Shown here: positions 25,301 to 33,745 of the stretch, piece after piece
Layout: the number at the start of each line of letters is the position of its first letter
How positions within the stretch are numbered: the stretch's first letter is position 1
Assembly (NCBI GenBank): GCA_964428725.1
Contig: CAYRYW010000002.1
Coordinates: forward strand, 27,733-91,732
DNA: 64,000 nt
DNA from: an uncultured Dehalococcoidales bacterium
GTDB taxonomy: Bacteria > Chloroflexota > Dehalococcoidia > E44-bin15
Direction: 5' to 3'
Made by a program: the position numbers and the translations under genes
The notes under the pieces: generated by a model
Seen by the model: only the letters and a program-made list of their open reading frames with translations
What the model was told of the DNA's origin: nothing
Databases searched by the model: none

Positions 25301-28300
25301 GGCGAACCCTTTCTACGGGAAGAAGCACACGGAGGAAACGAAGGCGCGTCTGAGCGAGGTTGCAAAGGCGAGAGAACCTCGCGTGCATACGGAGGCGTCG
25401 AAGGATGCGATTTCCGAGGGGAACATGCGGGCTATCAAGGACGGGACGAGGACGTACAAGTTCCGTGCGACGTCTCCGGATGGTGGGGTTGTGCCTTGCC
25501 GGACAGAGGCGGAGAAGAGACTAGCCGATCATCTTTGTTCTCAGGACGGGGTTGTTTCTGTTGTCGGCGAAGACAAGATGCCGTTTGTGGAGTACGATTT
25601 CAACGGCCAATCCAGGATAACGGTTGCGGACTTCATGGTAACAGCAAGCGACGGTCGAATCATTATCGTAGAAGGGAAGGCGCAGGGGTCGCTATACGGA
25701 GAGAGAGAGAGGGCTCGGTTTCTTGCTACATGGGAGCACTGCAAGGCGTGCGGGTTCGACATGATTATATCATTCAACCATGCAAGGGACCCCGATCTGT
25801 CTCTCGGTCCATTTGTGACACAGGAATTTGTGGAGATGGTGAAACAGGGGTTTGTTCCCATGTCACTGCTTTCGGACAATCGTGCCACTGGGGTTGCGGC
25901 AAGGCGAACGGGCTTTGGGCATCACGGGAAAAGAGTAGCTGGAGGAGACAGAAAGTATCTGTTCAGCACTGTGTCTCCGGACGGGGTGATCGTCAATTGC
26001 AGGACAAGGAACAGCCTGCGTGTAGCCGATCATCTTTGCTCTCAGAGCGGGGTTGTTTCTGTTGTAGGCGAAGACAAGATGAGTGCTATTTATCACAAGG
26101 TGAATGGAGAGGGGCGCCAGACGGTTGCAGACTTCATGGTTACTCGCAGCGACGGACATATTATTTTTGTGAATGTAGAGAGCAACACGTTTGCAGAGAG
26201 CAAGGGCCTCTGTCATCGTATGAATGCAATGTGGGACCATTGCAGGGCTGTCGGTTGCAGTTTCATGATGGTATTTGCCGATGCGTCCGTGGATCCAAAT
26301 GTGTGGGAGGGTCCGTTTGTCACGGATGCGTTTGTCGAGCGCGTCATGGGCACAGGGGTGATTCGACAAGGATTAATGGCCGATGCCAGAGTTCCTGCGT
26401 TGACGGTGGCGTCTCCGAGCGGGAGCACGATCCATTGCGCGACAGAGAAGGAGATGAGGCTGGCGGAGTGCCTATGTCAGCAAGAGGGCGTGGAGTCCAT
26501 TTCCTCAACAAAGAGGGAGTGCGTGGCGAGGTTCGAGTTCGAGGGGCGGGCGCGAAGGGCTGTGGCGGACTTTATTGTTCTCATGCGGGACGGGAGAGAG
26601 GTGGTTGTCTATTCCATACATGGGACAAACGCGAGGAGCGTATCATCAAGGAGTGCGCTCATGGCTATGTGGGATCACTGCAAAGAGATGGGCATGAGCA
26701 TGTTGCTAGCCCTCAAGGAAGCGAGGAATCCAGATCTGTCCCTTGGTCCGTTCGTGACGCAGGAGTTCGTGGATGGGTATATGCGCGGAGATGCCAAGAG
26801 GAGTGCGCTCATAGACAAAAGGCCAAAGGGAAGGAGACCATCTCCGTTGAAGGGCAGGAAACTTGGTCCTCGCAAGAAAATGACGAACTTGAGTTCGCAG
26901 GAATCCGCCCCGAAAGAACACATGTCGAAGAAATCCCTGTCGGTCTTTGCCTCGCGGAAGTAGTGTCCGTTTCTGCCCTGCCCGCTGAACAAACATATTC
27001 TCTATGCACGGAGCATCAGACGTTCATCGCTGATGGGTTCGTGGTGCATAATACGAACTTCCCGCCGAACCGTAAGAGCCAGCAGATCACTACAGCTATG
27101 GGCCAGAAGAAGACAAAGGCTCACTTTGATATTGTGGAGAAGGTCTACCGGAACTTGGTCCGGCGAATAAAGTCCAGGTTCCAGGTTGCAGGCGGGGATT
27201 TCCCTGGGATGATCATCTTGGCTTCTTCGGCTGCTACCCTGGACAGTTTCACTGAGCGGAAAATCCGGGAGAGCAGGCTTGATTCCTCTGTCTTCGTCCG
27301 AGATCACACTCAGTGGACGGCCAAGCCTGGGTCTAACTTCTGCGGGGAGAAGTTCTGGGTTCTGTGTTCGGCGTCCTCTATGCGCTCTAGGATAATCGGA
27401 GACGATGAAGTGAAGCACTTCACCGACGAGTGGCTGGAGGAGAACGATTCTTTTTTGATCGACATTCCGGTTGAGTACAAGTCGGACTTCGAGACAGACA
27501 TTGAGAATGCACTAAGGGACCTTGCTGGTATATCTACTCAGGCTATATCGATTTATATCCAGAGGCCCGACGCGGTGGACGCGTGTGTGAGCGAAGAGAT
27601 GGAGCATCCGTTTACTGCGTATGAGTGGACATCCGGGCAGGCCGGGGCGTTCAAGTGGAACATTCTGTGTAACATGTTCGAGCGTCGGCTGCCTGGCGGA
27701 TACACGGAGACAGCGTGGTCCCCCAAGATTAATCCTTCGAAGATGAGATGGTGTCACATTGATACATCTCTCTCGGGGGACTGTACGGGTTTCTGTGTTG
27801 GTCATATAGACAAGTGGGTTGAGGTAGTAAGGCGAGACGGGGACGGGGTTCGTTACACGGACCTGGCACCCTCTTACGTCATTGACGTGATGTTGCGAGT
27901 GAACCCACCGGCTGGAGAGCAAATCTACATGCCGGACTTGCGTCGTTTCATTTACGAACTACAGGCACATGGTTATCAGTTCCTTGGGTTTTCGTCGGAC
28001 ACATACCAGTCGGCGGAGATGCACCAGCAAGTAAAGAGAAGGGGGATTTCTACCCATATCATATCGACGGATACGTCCACGGATCCTTACGATGAGCTGA
28101 AGATGGCGATGTACGAGAACCGGATTACGTACTATCATTATCAGCCATTTATTGAGGAAATCAAAGACTTGGAATATGATCGCAACGTGGGCAAGATCGA
28201 TCATCAGCAGGCCGGGTGTTTTGTCGGAGAGACGCGGATTCCTCTTCTGGATGGAAGCTGCCCTATGATCTCAGAGTTGGATGGGGTGGATACGTGGGTG

Positions 28301-28870
28301 TACTCCTGTACAGAGGGTGGTCGCATTGTTCCGGGCCGAGCAAGGGGTCGATTAACGAAAGAGGTGACCGAGCTTGTGGATGTGGTTCTGGACAGCGGGG
28401 CTGTCGAGAGGTGTACGCATGAGCACCTTTGGATGTTGAGGGACGGGACGTACAAGAAGGCATGCGACTTGGATCCTGGCATTGACCGTTTGATGCCGAT
28501 TGATTTGAATTCTTTTCCGGTTGAGCACAAGGTCAGGCATGTAACTCCTGTTCGCCTTGATAAGCCGGTGGCTGTGTATGACTTAGAGGTTGAGGAGTAT
28601 TCCAACTTCTCGCTTTCTTCTGGAGTGTTCGTCCACAACTCCAAAGACGTTAGTGACGCAGTAGCGGGTGTGGTGTATGGTTTGATGAAGACATCGACCA
28701 AAATCCCTGCGATTGTGGGCGATAGTAAAAGTGCCGCTGTTGAAAACGAATACGACTGGGTCTCACCTATGATCCAGACGGACGGCATAAGCGCCGAAGA
28801 GCTAAGGGACATGAAGGACGCGGGAGATACAGACGTGTCGGAGTATGTCCCTATTGTGTTTGGAGACTGA
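22331..28870 (+). CDS. terL: terminase large subunit precursor interrupted by three inteins
   Basis: 2179-aa stop-free frame. Exteins: Walker A GGIGVGK|T, Walker [10 protein letters not shown]-terminal RNase-H-like nuclease ([21 protein letters not shown]|[10 protein letters not shown]). TTG start assumed and uncertain. Confidence 0.8.
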   Translation: MIVTTRKGRKKSVITKEELAAHAGDMVDALTDAELELVMGLIDEDPEIQIEHHKTMRGHLYHREPVSMEQFIEDPHYLGESCSTLYPELKKDLIDLFDYPFREVVLTGGIGVGKCQRGVNELYDPVMGRRLTVEDAASFGKYKACATFNKDERKTVSGGCKVFESGRKKAGDLVLGSGKKIGLTPDHPVLTPWGYKPVGELKKGDLVATSREMPLPEMPLAISDNEVKWVGYILADGGVTTSRIVFVKGVDEIISEFWSLSESLGGDVKEEDVDADARRVRVLGLDRLRDKFDLKHKSKDKRVPSEFYGLDNRQLALLLNRIWSCDGWFCRRDKKKGNWEIGISLASEPFVRDIQQLLLRFGIHSRMRPREMGYTHNGERKHSDAWSLQVLGRDEVIRFLNSIGNLVGKEEDCETARRELEFVKGNSNVDITPMNREVMTRVRKEIGPVPKKAYWPRPAQGSQMGHGVFLRFAEAYDLPEWCSWWGGVFWDEVESYECGDELEPVYDIEVPKTRNFSVHGVIVHNTFVLSIAICRVLYELSCLVNPQKTFGLSSGTEMVIPLISKNLPLARAVMKTAVDDKIKESPYFMNEFSPKISKEATLFPHNIRVIIGSYGSERVLGSNVFCVGLDECLILEAGLTTERKGVRRSMTVGDLLEMSPEDAENCKVVGFDHAENKLKAGWWRIKKSTVQELVEIRTALGSVSPSRKHPVLVQRGDWLVYVHAEDVVPGDFVVMEDRDASEGADCKRRAEEKTIGEDEGSRVIGGDEREDEICAKGAVREWVRQSDEGEDSVRGDEEENQRGPKGEEVLRGTSAEDRRGESQKEDLERDAGANERGSKEQGTCKRGAQTEDKRSQYRQEAYGRSSCEHEQGSEGSRPVRGSQKEAVRGGQEAHRRGESLLRKDSLRGGAEEDERGSGGCTAEASLRRDKEKDERVSKGAQVFRGDEGEDEKCCEASCSRSRVAKEDERVVEEGLGRGHHWPEHATPARRGEPFLREEAHGGNEGASERGCKGERTSRAYGGVEGCDFRGEHAGYQGRDEDVQVPCDVSGWWGCALPDRGGEETSRSSLFSGRGCFCCRRRQDAVCGVRFQRPIQDNGCGLHGNSKRRSNHYRRREGAGVAIRREREGSVSCYMGALQGVRVRHDYIIQPCKGPRSVSRSICDTGICGDGETGVCSHVTAFGQSCHWGCGKANGLWASREKSSWRRQKVSVQHCVSGRGDRQLQDKEQPACSRSSLLSERGCFCCRRRQDECYLSQGEWRGAPDGCRLHGYSQRRTYYFCECREQHVCREQGPLSSYECNVGPLQGCRLQFHDGICRCVRGSKCVGGSVCHGCVCRARHGHRGDSTRINGRCQSSCVDGGVSEREHDPLRDREGDEAGGVPMSARGRGVHFLNKEGVRGEVRVRGAGAKGCGGLYCSHAGRERGGCLFHTWDKREERIIKECAHGYVGSLQRDGHEHVASPQGSEESRSVPWSVRDAGVRGWVYARRCQEECAHRQKAKGKETISVEGQETWSSQENDELEFAGIRPERTHVEEIPVGLCLAEVVSVSALPAEQTYSLCTEHQTFIADGFVVHNTNFPPNRKSQQITTAMGQKKTKAHFDIVEKVYRNLVRRIKSRFQVAGGDFPGMIILASSAATLDSFTERKIRESRLDSSVFVRDHTQWTAKPGSNFCGEKFWVLCSASSMRSRIIGDDEVKHFTDEWLEENDSFLIDIPVEYKSDFETDIENALRDLAGISTQAISIYIQRPDAVDACVSEEMEHPFTAYEWTSGQAGAFKWNILCNMFERRLPGGYTETAWSPKINPSKMRWCHIDTSLSGDCTGFCVGHIDKWVEVVRRDGDGVRYTDLAPSYVIDVMLRVNPPAGEQIYMPDLRRFIYELQAHGYQFLGFSSDTYQSAEMHQQVKRRGISTHIISTDTSTDPYDELKMAMYENRITYYHYQPFIEEIKDLEYDRNVGKIDHQQAGCFVGETRIPLLDGSCPMISELDGVDTWVYSCTEGGRIVPGRARGRLTKEVTELVDVVLDSGAVERCTHEHLWMLRDGTYKKACDLDPGIDRLMPIDLNSFPVEHKVRHVTPVRLDKPVAVYDLEVEEYSNFSLSSGVFVHNSKDVSDAVAGVVYGLMKTSTKIPAIVGDSKSAAVENEYDWVSPMIQTDGISAEELRDMKDAGDTDVSEYVPIVFGD
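22673..23905 (+). mobile_element. TerL intein 1 (411 aa) in P-loop, LAGLIDADG homing endonuclease domain
   Basis: Starts Cys after GVGK, block [18 protein letters not shown] motifs GYILADGG and [10 protein letters not shown], ends VYDIEV...[11 protein letters not shown]|T. Confidence 0.8.
23581..23597 (+). repeat. palindromic motif copy 7/12, inside intein-1 endonuclease coding region
   Basis: GCGCGAACTTGAGTTCG encodes ARRELEFV in frame. Confidence 0.6.
24546..26963 (+). CDS. homing-endonuclease-like protein nested in intein 2 in the +1 frame, with own RBS
   Basis: GGAGGA 5 nt before ATG 24546. About 9 tandem NUMOD3 repeats ([22 protein letters not shown]). Then 3 tandem ~140-aa PD-(D/E)xK-like domains, first intact (E.R...VADFMV...IVEGK), two degenerate. 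Confidence 0.7.
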   Translation: MPAKGQTVSEEQKKKQSEKMKGRELSEETKEKMRSAQKARYENGYVNPMKGKTQSEETKKKISEAQKGRKFSEEHRRKIGEANRRRKISKETRERMSEAQKSKAPASEEHRRKISEANTGRKHTDEARANMSKAQKGRALSEDHKKKLSEAAKKRTGEANHFYGKTHSEEARKKMREGQAGVQRKPHSEETKRKMSESQKGRKFSEETKEKMRNAAKRRAADPEWRKKMSESSKRGWAEGTIGQNMPPRHGEANPFYGKKHTEETKARLSEVAKAREPRVHTEASKDAISEGNMRAIKDGTRTYKFRATSPDGGVVPCRTEAEKRLADHLCSQDGVVSVVGEDKMPFVEYDFNGQSRITVADFMVTASDGRIIIVEGKAQGSLYGERERARFLATWEHCKACGFDMIISFNHARDPDLSLGPFVTQEFVEMVKQGFVPMSLLSDNRATGVAARRTGFGHHGKRVAGGDRKYLFSTVSPDGVIVNCRTRNSLRVADHLCSQSGVVSVVGEDKMSAIYHKVNGEGRQTVADFMVTRSDGHIIFVNVESNTFAESKGLCHRMNAMWDHCRAVGCSFMMVFADASVDPNVWEGPFVTDAFVERVMGTGVIRQGLMADARVPALTVASPSGSTIHCATEKEMRLAECLCQQEGVESISSTKRECVARFEFEGRARRAVADFIVLMRDGREVVVYSIHGTNARSVSSRSALMAMWDHCKEMGMSMLLALKEARNPDLSLGPFVTQEFVDGYMRGDAKRSALIDKRPKGRRPSPLKGRKLGPRKKMTNLSSQESAPKEHMSKKSLSVFASRK
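26883..26898 (+). repeat. palindromic motif copy 8/12, at 3' end of nested endonuclease gene
   Basis: ACGAACTTGAGTTCGC; read as NDELEFAG in terminase frame and MTNLSSQ in endonuclease frame. Confidence 0.6.
28217..28639 (+). mobile_element. TerL intein 3 (141-aa mini-intein) in nuclease active-site motif
   Basis: [13 protein letters not shown]..., block [10 protein letters not shown], ends [24 protein letters not shown]|S. Confidence 0.75.
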
Positions 28871-28871
28871 T

Positions 28872-31718
28872 ATGGGATTTACCGAACTAGTCAAAGGGCT
28901 CTTCAAGAGGGACAGGGATGTCCAGGCAGCAGCTATTGCCAAGGGTACGGCGATTGCTACCAACGTCTCTGTTGACAGTATGGATCCGAGTAGCGGGACA
29001 GAGGGCGTCAATGCCCTTCAGAGCCAGCTAGCCATCGAGCAAGATCTGATTTCTCGTTACATAGATTACGAGAATATGGACGACTATGTTGAAACCAGCG
29101 CAGCTCTAACGGTGTTCGCGGATGACTCTACTATTCCAGATACCCTCCATAGGAAGACCGTGTGGGCTACGTCGGAGGATCGGCTCGTTCGCGATCTTCT
29201 GAACGACATGCTTCACAGGATGATCCGTATCGAGGAGGACGCCTGGGTCACAGTTAGGAGCTTGGCAAAGTACGGGAACTTGTACGGGGAGGTTCTGACC
29301 ACAAAGGGCGGGGTAATAGGTATCAACTGGCTTCCCGCACCGTCGATACGTAGAATAATAAACAGCAAAGGCGTCCTTCTTGGGTTCATCCAAGATGTGT
29401 CTGGGCAGTTCAACTACGATGCGGGGGCGCTTGTAGAGGCTCTAGAGGCTGGCAAGAAGCCCATTCCTGAAAACGAGAACAACTCTGGGATTACCTTCTT
29501 CTACCCTTGGGAGATGGTCCATTGGCGGCTGCGCTCCAAGCGGCTTCGCTCTCCTTACGGGTACGGTGTTCTAGACAGTTCACGGTGGATCTGGAAGCGT
29601 CTCCAGTTGATGGAGGACACAGCCCTGGTTCAAAAGCTGACAAGGGCTCCGGGTCGGTATGCGTTCTACGTGGATACCGGAGACTTGCCGCCTAAAGAAG
29701 CGGTGGCTCTTGTCCGCAAGGTTAAGAGCGGATTCAAGAAGAAGCGTCTGATCGATCCGAGCACAGGCCAGCTGGATCTTCGCAATAACCCGCTGTGCCT
29801 AGCGGGTGACACGGAAGTTCCTCTCCTTGATGGGAGTAAAAAAACGATAGTCGAGATGGCGGAAGCGTTCGACAGGGGCGAGGAGCAGTGGGTTTACGGC
29901 GTTGACAGGAAAAATAACAGCAAGATGGTTCCTGGCAAGGTTGTGTGGGCAGGTCAGACACGTAAAGACGCTGAGCTAGTGCGCGTTACATTAGATAATG
30001 GCGAGTCTTTCAGGGTTACTCCTGATCATAAGTGCATATTGAGAAGCGGAGATCTGAAGGATGCCCAGGACTTGGTTCCTGGCGAATCCTTGATGCCGTT
30101 GCGTAGGACAATCTCTTCTTTTGAGAAGGGAGACACGATGGACGGGTATGAGAAGGTCTACGATCCGTCCAGCAAGAAATATGTGTATACGCACAGGATG
30201 GTTGTGCGGGAACTAGGGATGAAGGAAAAAGGCAAGCTCACTCATCACAACGCAGGGAAGCTGAATAACAATCCTAGTTGCCTTGAGAGCATGACATGGA
30301 GAGAGCACTCGGAGCATCATTGTAAACTGGGGCAAATGGGCGGTGCTAAACTCAGAGAGCTTCGCAAGACGGATAAAGCTCTGGATCAAAAGTTACGAGA
30401 TGCAGCGTCGAGGACGCTTAAAGAGCGTCACGCTGATCCTGAGTGGAAAAAGAGGAATGCTGAGGCAGTGCGTCGGAGTAACATCGAGCGTGATAGTGGT
30501 AGGTACATCCGTGCCTATAACGATTCTGACAAGCATGTAGAAGACAACGCGCAGAGAAGCTCCGCCATGAAGGCGTTCTGGACCGATGATGCCAGGTCTG
30601 AGTATTCGGAAACTAGGACGATCAGCTACTCGGATGTCTTCATTTCGGCGCTAGAGGAATTCGTCAGGAGCAACCCTGGGTCGAGCGCAGACGATGTGGC
30701 AGACTTCGTGTCTAGCGATTCTGTTGCTCTAGGTCTTCTCAATGAGGGAAGTTGCCGCGTGATAAAGAAAGCCCATCGTCATTTGCTTTTAAAGGCGTAT
30801 AGGGCGCATGGCTATTCTAACTTCAGCGAGTTCAAGGAATCTGCGTGTTCCTACAATCACAAAGTTGTGTCTGTTGAGCGTCTTTCCGAGAGAGAGGACA
30901 CGTATACGCTGACTGTTGACTCGTGTCACAACTTTGGCCTTTCTTCTGGGGTTGTAGTTTGCAACTCGCCATCCGAAGATTTTTGGATTCCTACCCGTGG
31001 AGGGAAAGATTCCACAAGGATCGAAGTCATCTCTGGGCCAGATGTTCAGATGATGGACGACGTGGAATACTTCCAAGGCAAGCTGGTTACATCGACGACG
31101 GTTCCGAGGCGCTTCATGGGTCTTGGGGATCCTGGTGACTCTACGAACATGATGGCGTCCCAGGATGACGTGAGATTTGCCCGTGCCTGTATGAGGCTCC
31201 AGCGTGAGTACGTGCAGGGGCTTGAGAAGGTTGCCCGTATACATCTCGCGGCGTTGAACATCGATCCCGATTCTGTGCCTTGGCAAATCAAGATGACGGT
31301 TCCGTCTGCGATCTTCGAGATGCAGCAGATTGAGGTTATGAATGCCCAAGCTGGGCTGGCGTCTTCGCTGTCTGATTACATGAGCAAGCCTTGGATTCTC
31401 CAACGCGTGTTCAACTTCACGAGAGACGATGCCCAGGCTATGATCCAGGCGAAACGCGATGAGGAGTCCGGGGATGTTGTCCGGGAAGCCGAAGCGCAAG
31501 CGAAGGTCATGAAGTTATTCCCCGAGCTTGAGGGCGCACTCGACGACAAAGACGGGGGAGGGAAAGAAGAAAGCGTTTCCCCTAAGAAGGCACCTATAGC
31601 GGAGAACGAGGACAGGAGGCTTCTTCGCTCCTTGAGCAAGAAGGCTAACGCGATTGAGCGTTCTGTCACTCGGATCAATAAAATGTCACGGATCAACGGG
31701 TCCGGAAAGAGGAGTTAG
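28872..31718 (+). CDS. portal protein (T4 gp20-like position) precursor with one intein
   Basis: GGAG SD 7 nt before ATG, 1 nt after TerL stop; ~950 aa follows TerL; extein resumes SPSEDFWIPTRGGKDS... Confidence 0.65.
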   Translation: MGFTELVKGLFKRDRDVQAAAIAKGTAIATNVSVDSMDPSSGTEGVNALQSQLAIEQDLISRYIDYENMDDYVETSAALTVFADDSTIPDTLHRKTVWATSEDRLVRDLLNDMLHRMIRIEEDAWVTVRSLAKYGNLYGEVLTTKGGVIGINWLPAPSIRRIINSKGVLLGFIQDVSGQFNYDAGALVEALEAGKKPIPENENNSGITFFYPWEMVHWRLRSKRLRSPYGYGVLDSSRWIWKRLQLMEDTALVQKLTRAPGRYAFYVDTGDLPPKEAVALVRKVKSGFKKKRLIDPSTGQLDLRNNPLCLAGDTEVPLLDGSKKTIVEMAEAFDRGEEQWVYGVDRKNNSKMVPGKVVWAGQTRKDAELVRVTLDNGESFRVTPDHKCILRSGDLKDAQDLVPGESLMPLRRTISSFEKGDTMDGYEKVYDPSSKKYVYTHRMVVRELGMKEKGKLTHHNAGKLNNNPSCLESMTWREHSEHHCKLGQMGGAKLRELRKTDKALDQKLRDAASRTLKERHADPEWKKRNAEAVRRSNIERDSGRYIRAYNDSDKHVEDNAQRSSAMKAFWTDDARSEYSETRTISYSDVFISALEEFVRSNPGSSADDVADFVSSDSVALGLLNEGSCRVIKKAHRHLLLKAYRAHGYSNFSEFKESACSYNHKVVSVERLSEREDTYTLTVDSCHNFGLSSGVVVCNSPSEDFWIPTRGGKDSTRIEVISGPDVQMMDDVEYFQGKLVTSTTVPRRFMGLGDPGDSTNMMASQDDVRFARACMRLQREYVQGLEKVARIHLAALNIDPDSVPWQIKMTVPSAIFEMQQIEVMNAQAGLASSLSDYMSKPWILQRVFNFTRDDAQAMIQAKRDEESGDVVREAEAQAKVMKLFPELEGALDDKDGGGKEESVSPKKAPIAENEDRRLLRSLSKKANAIERSVTRINKMSRINGSGKRS
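29796..30965 (+). mobile_element. portal intein (390 aa) with HNH endonuclease domain
   Basis: CLAGDTEVPLLDG (block A), TPDHKCIL (block B), HNH region KLTHHNAGKLNNNPSCLESMTWREHSEHH, C-term CHNFGLSSGVVVCN|S (penultimate Cys not His). Confidence 0.7.
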
Positions 31719-31721
31719 CAA

Positions 31722-32579
31722 ATGCCATTTATCCAAGGATCCAAGCTGGACAAGTATTACCGTGGCAGCCTAGCGCACCGGAGTCATGCCGTGGACGTGG
31801 CTGTAGCGGAGCGATTCGAGGGCAAGAAAGCTCAGGTCATGGTAGTCCAGGAAGACTCGGCGGTAGTGGTTATGGATAACAGTCCTGTCCTGATCGTTGG
31901 TTACGAGATGGACGGGGACATTGCCAAGATCACAAAAGAGTCCATATGTAAAGATATACCCGTGATAGAGAGCGGTAACATGGATGCTTTTGTAGCAGGT
32001 GAGCTTAGGGACATTGCGAAGAAGATGGCAATGGGCGAGGACGTTTCACGAACTCAAGTTCGCGAGCTGGCATCTGTGATGGAGCCGGGCGGGGACTATT
32101 GGCTCACTGGCGTTTTGTCCAAAATAGACGAGTCTACTGAGGACTCTGATTGGTTCAAAATGTACGAGGCCAACCAGGAGAAGGTCCGCACTGCCATGCA
32201 CGGTAGTATTAGGGCTATCGAGGGGGCGGTCCCGAGTACAAAATACGCGAGCATTTCCCCTGGAAAGCTCCATGCGTTTGAGGAAGAAATCAGGGAATCC
32301 ATGGGTGTCATATCGTCCGTTATTCAAGGAATAGTTGACGAATGCGACGCGATCATGTTTGATCAAAAGGAAGATGAGTTCTTTGGTGCCACCTGTGAAT
32401 CGTTGAAAGTTGAAGCGCAAGTCCTCACGGGCTTGCTCGGCAAGGCAGAAAAGTTGATGCGTTCTGAAGATATGGAGCGCATGTCCGTGGCACATGACAA
32501 ACTTGCTGGGCGAGCAAAACAAATGGCAGTCGTTGCCGCTTACCTCAAAAAGCGCAGCGCAAACGAAGTGAGGAGCTAG
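31722..32579 (+). CDS. head-module hypothetical protein
   Basis: 285-aa ORF between portal and scaffold-like gene. Confidence 0.5.
   Translation: MPFIQGSKLDKYYRGSLAHRSHAVDVAVAERFEGKKAQVMVVQEDSAVVVMDNSPVLIVGYEMDGDIAKITKESICKDIPVIESGNMDAFVAGELRDIAKKMAMGEDVSRTQVRELASVMEPGGDYWLTGVLSKIDESTEDSDWFKMYEANQEKVRTAMHGSIRAIEGAVPSTKYASISPGKLHAFEEEIRESMGVISSVIQGIVDECDAIMFDQKEDEFFGATCESLKVEAQVLTGLLGKAEKLMRSEDMERMSVAHDKLAGRAKQMAVVAAYLKKRSANEVRS
32047..32064 (+). repeat. palindromic motif copy 9/12, inside coding sequence
   Basis: CACGAACTCAAGTTCGCG encodes SRTQVRE in 31722 frame. Confidence 0.6.
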
Positions 32580-32581
32580 CA

Positions 32582-33649
32582 ATGATCACGCGCAAAGTCA
32601 AAAGTCTAGATGAAGATCTTAGGTCACTCGGTCTAATCGCAGAGGGCGAAGAGGTTAACTCCAGCTTGCTGGGTGAGGAATCCACGGAAGAAGCCGTTGC
32701 AGAAGACGACGATGCTGAAGAATCCGTAGAAGAGGCCAAGAAGCCTGCATGTGAAGGCGACGATTGCCCCAAGGCTGACGACGAAGAAGAGGAAGAGAAG
32801 GAAGAAAAAGACGAGGAGAAAGAGGAAGGCGCCAAGGAAGAGGATGTCGAGGATCTAGAGATCGACATGCTTGACGAGGACGACGCTCTTGACTCTGATA
32901 ACGTTAATATGGAGATGCTCAATGCTATCTCCGAGCTTCCGATTTCCGAGATGGACACAGATGACATAGCGGACGTCTTAGAGGCGCTCAAAGAGAAGAA
33001 TCTCCCAGAAGGTGACGAAGTTCTCGCTGAACGCGCAGAAGAAATCGTTGACGTTCTGGTTGCAGAGGCCGTAGCCAAAAAGACCCGTAGGTCCAAGGCT
33101 GGCTCCATGGCTAAAAAAGCATCCTTCCAGTGTCCTCAAGGCACTCGCAAGGATCCAAAAGATCCCGGTGGCCGTCGTTGTGTAAAAGCGGCGAAAGCTG
33201 CGGGCGGTGCTGGCAAGCTCGCCAAAGAGGGTCGCAAAAAAGCTCGCTGGTCCAAGAGCGGCGGCGGACAGAAGTCCCAGAAGAAATCTGCTCGCTGGGC
33301 AGCACGTCGTGAGGATGTAGAGCTATCCCCATTCGCAGCGGAACTCGCTGGGTTGCTGGAGAACGACGATATTCAAGTCGAGAGCGTAGTGACTATTCGC
33401 GGTGAGATCATTGATCGCATCGGTTCCATCATGGAGATGCTCCACGAGGAATTCCTGGACGAGAATGTCACATCCGTCATGGAAGGCGTCTATGAAGGCG
33501 TCGTTGAGGCTATGGACGAAGGTCGCCTTGACGAGAACACCATGGGCGAAGACGACTTTATTGCAGAGCTTAAAGCTCCTCTCCAGCTTATCGCTAAGTC
33601 TCTCGGTCAAATCGAGCAGAACGAAGGTAGTGAACTGGGAAACGAGTAG
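32582..33649 (+). CDS. highly acidic head protein (scaffold/internal-protein-like) with basic middle segment
   Basis: 355-aa; poly-E/D N-half, K/R-rich 170-230, acidic C-half; location before protease/MCP. Confidence 0.45.
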   Translation: MITRKVKSLDEDLRSLGLIAEGEEVNSSLLGEESTEEAVAEDDDAEESVEEAKKPACEGDDCPKADDEEEEEKEEKDEEKEEGAKEEDVEDLEIDMLDEDDALDSDNVNMEMLNAISELPISEMDTDDIADVLEALKEKNLPEGDEVLAERAEEIVDVLVAEAVAKKTRRSKAGSMAKKASFQCPQGTRKDPKDPGGRRCVKAAKAAGGAGKLAKEGRKKARWSKSGGGQKSQKKSARWAARREDVELSPFAAELAGLLENDDIQVESVVTIRGEIIDRIGSIMEMLHEEFLDENVTSVMEGVYEGVVEAMDEGRLDENTMGEDDFIAELKAPLQLIAKSLGQIEQNEGSELGNE

Positions 33650-33745
33650 GCCGTCGCAAAGGCGGCAAAGAGAGAAGGACGAAGTATTCGTCTGGTCGCA
33701 AGGAGGCAGTAGGTTTTGAGTCACTCAAGAAAAGCGCTCGTCCGG

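Larger units (their letters stand above)
24224..27052 (+). mobile_element. TerL intein 2 (943 codons) after Walker B; splicing domains in terminase frame, endonuclease gene in +1 frame
   Basis: N-domain CLILEAG...SRKHPVLV...[18 protein letters not shown]-domain [19 protein letters not shown]|T. About 830 intervening codons are low-complexity R/G/E/C-rich but stop-free. Confidence 0.7.

Noticed and set aside
24224-27052. Explanation of intein 2 as a normal in-frame intein corrupted by two sequencing frameshifts
   Set aside because: The endonuclease has a canonical SD+ATG exactly at the domain boundary and its own stop, and the terminase frame remains stop-free for about 830 codons, which random indels would not produce. 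Still listed as the key refutation test.
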